A stretch of 64,000 bases of DNA from the NCBI GenBank assembly GCA_018969615.1, contig JAGWYA010000001.1, forward strand, positions 169,141-233,140, read 5' to 3'. Positions 58,808 to 64,000 of the stretch are shown here, in pieces. The first letter of the stretch is position 1, and every line of letters begins with the position of its first letter. The notes beneath the pieces were generated by a model. That model was not told the origin of the DNA, did not search any database, and saw only the letters and a program-made list of their open reading frames with translations. The DNA is from Patescibacteria group bacterium. GTDB taxonomy: Bacteria; Patescibacteriota; Minisyncoccia; UBA6257; 02-FULL-45-10c. The position numbers and the translations under genes were made by a program.

Positions 58808-58874
58808 CTACTGCGCACGATCTACTTTTCTACTTTCTATTTCCACTGCCCACTGCCTACTCTCTACGGACTAC
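58808..58874. repeat. Degenerate heptamer array overlapping the upstream pilin stop
   Basis: ctacttt/ccactgc/ctactct/ctacgga units. Confidence 0.8.
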
Positions 58875-59809
58875 TTGCTAAGCCCTATCGAAACACTATC
58901 CACTTGCGGCGTGGCGTTTGCGGTATCAAAAATGATCTTGTACCGGAAATAGCGCGCATTGATATAAGGAGATGCCGGGATCGGAACCTGCACATTCGGT
59001 CCCGCGGGCTCCAGAAGCGATCCGTAACTCCATGGACCGCCGGAACTGTTCGAGGTCGCGATCTCAAATCCCACTTTTGATCCGCTCGGCTGGGTCCCCT
59101 GCCAGATAAAATAATTATACCCTGCTCCGTTCGTTTCCTGCGTATCATACGTGCTGGAAACCACTTCACACTGCTCGGAAGCGGCGTTACAGGTCGTGAG
59201 CGACGGCAAGATCGATCCCGGCGTACCGGTATAATTGACATTCGCTGATGAAAAAAACTGACCGTTCGTACGCGTGATCGGTCCCGCTTGTCCCGACCCG
59301 TTAGACCAATCGGTCTGCGTCACGGCGAACGACTGCCACCGCGTCACATAAAAAGAAGTGGAAACGGTCTGTGCGGCGCCCAAGACCGGGAACGAGGTCG
59401 TCACGGTTACCTTCCGGGTATAGGGATCATCCCCGCTTGAACTATAAGTGGCATCGATCAACCCCGCGGTCCGGGAAACCGGGTCCACATAAAACGAGCG
59501 CGTGAACGAAATATTATTCACCGTGACGGTCTCAGGGCCGACAGCGGATGCCAGAACCCCGCCGGTATTCGTCAGATGATAGGTGTTCGCCGAGCCCGTG
59601 GTCAGCGCATACAGATCGGGCCAATTCCCGCCTGAAAATGAACGCACCTCATCGCCCAGTGAATTATTGACGATCGTTGCGCTCTGACTCTTCGTATTGA
59701 ATTCATTGGTGCGGACGCTCACCACATACGCGCCGCCGATCCCCGTCAAAACCAGCGCGCCGATACCGAGCGCCACCAATACTTCCACTATTGACTGTCC
59801 GCTTCTCAT
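58871..59809 (-). CDS. Type IV minor pilin-like protein
   Basis: MRSG-QSIVEVLVALGI class III signal. Confidence 0.85.
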   Translation of the reverse strand: MRSGQSIVEVLVALGIGALVLTGIGGAYVVSVRTNEFNTKSQSATIVNNSLGDEVRSFSGGNWPDLYALTTGSANTYHLTNTGGVLASAVGPETVTVNNISFTRSFYVDPVSRTAGLIDATYSSSGDDPYTRKVTVTTSFPVLGAAQTVSTSFYVTRWQSFAVTQTDWSNGSGQAGPITRTNGQFFSSANVNYTGTPGSILPSLTTCNAASEQCEVVSSTYDTQETNGAGYNYFIWQGTQPSGSKVGFEIATSNSSGGPWSYGSLLEPAGPNVQVPIPASPYINARYFRYKIIFDTANATPQVDSVSIGLSK

Positions 59810-59825
59810 GAACTTATTCTAACAT

Positions 59826-60000
59826 AGGCAGTAGTGAGTAGGCAGTTGGCAGTAGGGATAGTGAGTAGGAAGCAGAACGTGGGCAGTAGAAATAGTAAGT
59901 AACGAGTAGGCAGTGGCGCGTAGAAAGGATGAGATACAAAAATTCCGACGAAGAGTCGGAATTTTTTACTACTGCCTACGTGCTACTTTCTACCTACTAT
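59826..60000. repeat. Inverted pair of heptamer arrays with central hairpin
   Basis: GTAG units 59826..59924, aaaaattccgac-gaaga-gtcggaattttt, CTAC units 59967..60000. Confidence 0.8.
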
Positions 60001-60308
60001 TTCGTCGGAGCTGTAAGGCTTTGGAGGATATTCTGCATTTGCTGAGGCGTCGGAGCCTGAACCGTACTCGTCGCGCTCGGCGCCGGCGCATTGATGGATG
60101 CCTGGATCTGTGCCTTCTCTTCCGGCGTTAACTGCGGCGGAGGAAGCGTCGGGCTCGTGAATCCCGGCGGTATCCGATTCGAAGACCGCGCCCACTCCGA
60201 CTGCCACCAGCCCACCAGCCATGACCCCGCCGCCAGGATCGCAGCGATCACCAATAAAACACTCAGCTGTGTGCGGTATTTTTGGAAATAAGTGATGGGC
60301 TTATCCAT
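59997..60308 (-). CDS. Small membrane protein with Pro/Gln-rich tail
   Basis: One TM helix; follows the Kelch gene closely. Confidence 0.6.
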   Translation of the reverse strand: MDKPITYFQKYRTQLSVLLVIAAILAAGSWLVGWWQSEWARSSNRIPPGFTSPTLPPPQLTPEEKAQIQASINAPAPSATSTVQAPTPQQMQNILQSLTAPTK

Positions 60309-60315
60309 GTTTCCG

Positions 60316-62469
60316 CTAATTAACATCCATTAACGTCAATGACGATCGCATTCTTGCTGACCAAACATTACCGCTGGCATCGCTTCCCAGCGCGTTAACT
60401 TTCAAAGCAGCGCCCTGTGGAGAATCTACTTGTATCCGATATGTCACTGGGCTCGCAGTCCCCGGAGAATCTAAATAAATAGCTGATCCTTCCTTATTAT
60501 TATTTGGGTCGGATGATCCTCCGTAGAAACTTGGCGAAGAAACGCTGAGATACCCAGTTACTGTAGGCGGAACTGCTACAACCGTATCTACGCCGCCAAC
60601 ATTCCTAACAATTCTATAATATCCGGCGTCAGCTCCACCCATTCCAATATTCACATTCGCCATCACGAGTATCCTACTCGACGCCGAATTCGGCGTTATC
60701 GTTTCAGAAAAACCAGTGACATCAACCCATGTTGTCGACGTAGTCGAAAACACAGTCATGAACTCATTTGATACAACATTCATAGAACTCATGTTTCTCC
60801 CACTAACATTCAGATCCCCATTTACCGACAAATTCCCCTGCACTCCGACGTCGTCATAGAATTGTGCATTTCGGCTCACGCCCAAACGCCCGGTCGCAAG
60901 AATATGCGACATCGGAACATAAAAGACGCTGTTCAATGTAGTCACGTTGCTTGGATCACCAATACCGTCAACAATATAGACATAGCCATTGACGATCGTC
61001 GCTGCAAAATTACGTATATTCGCCGGCATATTCGTTGAAGAGCTCCAAGCGCTGTCCATCGTGCCGTCGCTGTTGATATGAATATAATAGACTGATGAAT
61101 ATGAATAGCTTCCGGTGCAGTTATTGCAATCACCGCCAAGCACATAGAGATCGCCGTTTGATGCAACCGCAGCGCCTACGCCCCGAGGACTTGGAAGCGA
61201 CGTAGTATTACCCCATGCGCCGAGTCCTCCATCCGGTTCGATCTTTGCATAATAGCCGGTCGCTTGATATATACTCGATGAATCCCACCCGCTGATCACA
61301 TACACATACCCGTTCACGACAGCGCCCTCGGCGCCATTTCTAAATGTAGGAAGCGGCGTTGTCGTCCCCCACGTACCAACCGTCCCATCACTGTTCACTT
61401 TTGCAGAATAAACCGTTGTCGAACTGCCGCCGCCGATCTGGCCGCTGATCACGTAAATATAGTCGCCCGCGGTAACAACTACGCTCTCGCTCGCGGTAGC
61501 GGGCAGCGCCGTTGTCGTTCCCCAAGCTCCCAACGTTCCGTCGCTATTTACTTTTGAGTAATAAACGGTATTGTAACCGCTGTCTAGCATATAGATGTAA
61601 CCGTTCAACGTCACCGCAACACCGCCTTCCGCGACCGGCAAGGCGCTTGTTAACGTCCATGTACCAGGGGTTCCGTCGTTCCCAATTTTTGCATAGTATA
61701 CCGTGGTCGAGTTAGTACCGCTGACGTTCCCTCCAATGACATACAAATAACCATTCACGGATACGAGTCCGTTGCCATAGCGCGTATCGGGAAAGTTCGC
61801 AGCAGTCGTCCAAGTTCCTAGATCCCCTGTTGTGACAGGTGTATTCGTATTATAGATATTTGATCCTAACGTTGACCACCCTCCGCCTCCCGATGAAGCT
61901 GTCGTCTGCGTGGTGCCGTCGGGGAATTTGAATCCGCCGGTTTCTGAATAAATAATCCCTTTCACATCCAATGCCGAGTTCGGCGTTGTCGTCCCGATGC
62001 CGACATTGTTATTGGACTTAAGGATCGTCAATGGATGACTTGAAGTGCCGTAATTAAAAAGGGAAAAATCTTCATTGCCCGATTCATTCCCTAAGCCCAT
62101 ACCCCACTGACCGTTGCCCGCAGTGAGGAATTCAAGCCAAGCGATATAGCTGCTGTTATTTGTTCTATCCAAATTAACCCATGCATTCGCACTGCTAGGA
62201 GCGATCACCAATGCCTGTTGCGGAGTCGATGTCCCGATGCCGACATTTCCTAAACTCACAATAAGTCCATTCGCCGCGCCGCCGGTGTTCAAAATGAGGC
62301 CGCCGGCTTTCGTTTGGCCGGTCGCGCTCACATCAAGCGGCGCCGATACGTTCCCGCCTGTCGGCGCCACCGTCGGTTCTGTCCACGAGGCAAAAACAAC
62401 ATACGCCGATGCGAGCAATAAAGCACTTACCAGAAACATTTGGATCGTTTCACGAAGAAAGCGTTTCAT
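60316..62469 (-). CDS. Secreted fibre protein with VGIGT repeats, Kelch-like propeller and beta-rich tip
   Basis: SWTEPT.AP.GGN start, six NGY.YV.GG...VYYAKI..DG.LG.W blades. Confidence 0.85.
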   Translation of the reverse strand: MKRFLRETIQMFLVSALLLASAYVVFASWTEPTVAPTGGNVSAPLDVSATGQTKAGGLILNTGGAANGLIVSLGNVGIGTSTPQQALVIAPSSANAWVNLDRTNNSSYIAWLEFLTAGNGQWGMGLGNESGNEDFSLFNYGTSSHPLTILKSNNNVGIGTTTPNSALDVKGIIYSETGGFKFPDGTTQTTASSGGGGWSTLGSNIYNTNTPVTTGDLGTWTTAANFPDTRYGNGLVSVNGYLYVIGGNVSGTNSTTVYYAKIGNDGTPGTWTLTSALPVAEGGVAVTLNGYIYMLDSGYNTVYYSKVNSDGTLGAWGTTTALPATASESVVVTAGDYIYVISGQIGGGSSTTVYSAKVNSDGTVGTWGTTTPLPTFRNGAEGAVVNGYVYVISGWDSSSIYQATGYYAKIEPDGGLGAWGNTTSLPSPRGVGAAVASNGDLYVLGGDCNNCTGSYSYSSVYYIHINSDGTMDSAWSSSTNMPANIRNFAATIVNGYVYIVDGIGDPSNVTTLNSVFYVPMSHILATGRLGVSRNAQFYDDVGVQGNLSVNGDLNVSGRNMSSMNVVSNEFMTVFSTTSTTWVDVTGFSETITPNSASSRILVMANVNIGMGGADAGYYRIVRNVGGVDTVVAVPPTVTGYLSVSSPSFYGGSSDPNNNKEGSAIYLDSPGTASPVTYRIQVDSPQGAALKVNALGSDASGNVWSARMRSSLTLMDVN

Positions 62470-62485
62470 ATGTTTAGTATAACAT

Positions 62486-62637
62486 AGGAATAGTACGTAG
62501 GAAGTAGCACGTGGGCAGTAGAAATGGTTAGTAGTAAGTGGCTCGTAGGCAGTGGGGATAGTCCGTAGTAAGTTGGCAGTGGTACGTAGAAAAAATTCTC
62601 TACTGCCTACTCACTACGAGCCACTCGCTACTATCTA
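62486..62637. repeat. Inverted pair of heptamer arrays
   Basis: GTAG units to about 62590 facing CTAC units 62600..62637; tagtaagtggctcgtag pairs with ctacgagccactcgcta. Confidence 0.85.
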
Positions 62638-63918
62638 GTTCACTCTCGCCCCATAGCTCACGCTTCCGCAGGCGCTGGTATTACTACAATTAAAGCTCAA
62701 CCATCCAAGCGTCGTCGAGTCCCAGCCCCAGCCTGACAGCGTTCCATTTGCAGCCAACGACACGCCGTATGTACTTGCATTCTGCGCCGTCCCACTTAAA
62801 TGGAGCCAACTTCCCGTCGAGATGATCTTCCCCCATCCGGTCATTGCCGTCGGGAACGGACCCGCAAGACCGTTCGTGATCTTCGCCACACAATTCCCGC
62901 TCGGACAGCCGGTGAGATCGTTCTGATTGAAATCGATCCAGCCGATCGTCGGCGACCACGCATACCCATTCAGGATCCCCGTGCTCGCATCAGCGTTCAC
63001 GCCATAGTTCACCGTTCCGCACGTTGTCGTATTACTGCAATTAAAACTGATCCAGCCGCTGTTCGACGACCAGGCAAAACCGGACATCGGCACATACGTC
63101 GTATTCACGGTCAGAATAAAATTCGCGGTTGTGGTCGCGGTCCCATCCCCGATCTGCACGGGCAATGTCACGCTTCCCGACGGCGTTGAAATACTTGTCG
63201 TTAAATTCAAGGTAGCGCTGCAATTCGGCGTACACGTCGCCGGATTAAACACCGCCACGACACCGCTCGGCAAATTACTGACGGAAAAGGCACCCGCATG
63301 CGGGATCCCCGCAGTAACGGTCACGGTCGCGGTTGTTTGCGTCGATCCGCCCGCCTGTATCGTCGCGGTCGTCGGCGACAGGCTCATCGTCAATTGTTCA
63401 CCCGATGCGCTCTTTGAGGTTGTGATCAATCCGCTTCCGCTTAAAACCGAAATATATCGGACGATTGACGTGTCGGCCGTCAACGCCAGCGTGATCCCAT
63501 GATCTATCGCCGGGATCCCGGTCACTTTCGGAAAGTCGATCTCTTCCGTATTTCCCTGCGCCGGAGTCAAAAATTCGACCGACTTTGGCAAATAAACCGT
63601 ATCAGTCACCGTTCCGGTCGCATACGAATCTCCGTAAAAAACCTTATAATAATGGCCCCCTACTGCCGGCGCGGCATCCAAATAAACCCCCCAGGCGGAA
63701 TTCTCATACTGCGATTGCGCATTCTGCTGCGCAGCGACCAAATTATCCTGAAGCTGTTTCGCAGCGGCATCCAGCTCAGTGGTCGAACGGAACACCGTCG
63801 GCAAACTCATAACCGCGGCGGTACCCAAGATCGCCGTGAGCGCCGTAACGATAACGATCTCCAACAGCGTGAAGCCGGCAACGTGCTTAGTCCGCAAGGA
63901 TGATCTTTTAGGCGTCAT
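62635..63918 (-). CDS. Type IV pilin-like protein with Ig-like and GWISF-repeat domains
   Basis: AG-FTLLEIVIV N-methylation motif; GFAWS..GWISF, GYAWS..GWIDF, GWGWD..GWLSF. Confidence 0.88.
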   Translation of the reverse strand: MTPKRSSLRTKHVAGFTLLEIVIVTALTAILGTAAVMSLPTVFRSTTELDAAAKQLQDNLVAAQQNAQSQYENSAWGVYLDAAPAVGGHYYKVFYGDSYATGTVTDTVYLPKSVEFLTPAQGNTEEIDFPKVTGIPAIDHGITLALTADTSIVRYISVLSGSGLITTSKSASGEQLTMSLSPTTATIQAGGSTQTTATVTVTAGIPHAGAFSVSNLPSGVVAVFNPATCTPNCSATLNLTTSISTPSGSVTLPVQIGDGTATTTANFILTVNTTYVPMSGFAWSSNSGWISFNCSNTTTCGTVNYGVNADASTGILNGYAWSPTIGWIDFNQNDLTGCPSGNCVAKITNGLAGPFPTAMTGWGKIISTGSWLHLSGTAQNASTYGVSLAANGTLSGWGWDSTTLGWLSFNCSNTSACGSVSYGARVN

Positions 63919-64000
63919 ACCTTATTAGCTTATCACAAAAATAGGCAGTAGAAAGATAGTCGAACGTCGAATGTCCAATGTCAAAAGGAGGATGCCTTAG

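Noticed and set aside
49464-63918. Prophage tail region
   Set aside because: Fibre-like proteins have signal peptides and lie among pilins; no capsid, terminase, portal or integrase.

Overview
Bacterial chromosomal window, GC-rich in most coding regions and mostly minus-strand. Gene content suggests Patescibacteria/CPR (Parcubacteria-like); this is an inference from the ftsZ-ftsA-ybeY-yqeY-rpsU-HIT-hisS-lepB block, leaderless-style promoters, class II RNR, ThyX and the type IV pilin/fibre locus. 1-17 kb: thyX (truncated, absent from the ORF track), dCMP deaminase, groESL, rmuC, rpmA, nth, mutY, nucleases, an ABC exporter, NAD kinase and HxlR/nitroreductase, with many small orphan genes. 17-31 kb: two MacAB-like ABC systems around an atypical P1B ATPase, msrAB and an ECF sigma module. 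31.8-35.4 kb: a LuxI/FeeM-like acyltransferase, a multi-TM histidine kinase and two receivers. 37.4-39.5 kb: tRNA-Asn with duplicated palindromic elements. 40-49 kb: RNR and core genes. 49.5-64 kb: pilus/adhesin locus with a ~1940-aa repeat fibre protein, HicBA, a four-helix-bundle (IVS/Avd-like) domain fused in frame to a prepilin, and oriented heptamer repeat arrays in nearly every intergenic gap. Best novelty candidates: the four-helix-bundle/prepilin/heptamer system and the putative acyl-signal synthase/kinase circuit. All calls are by eye, with no database searches.
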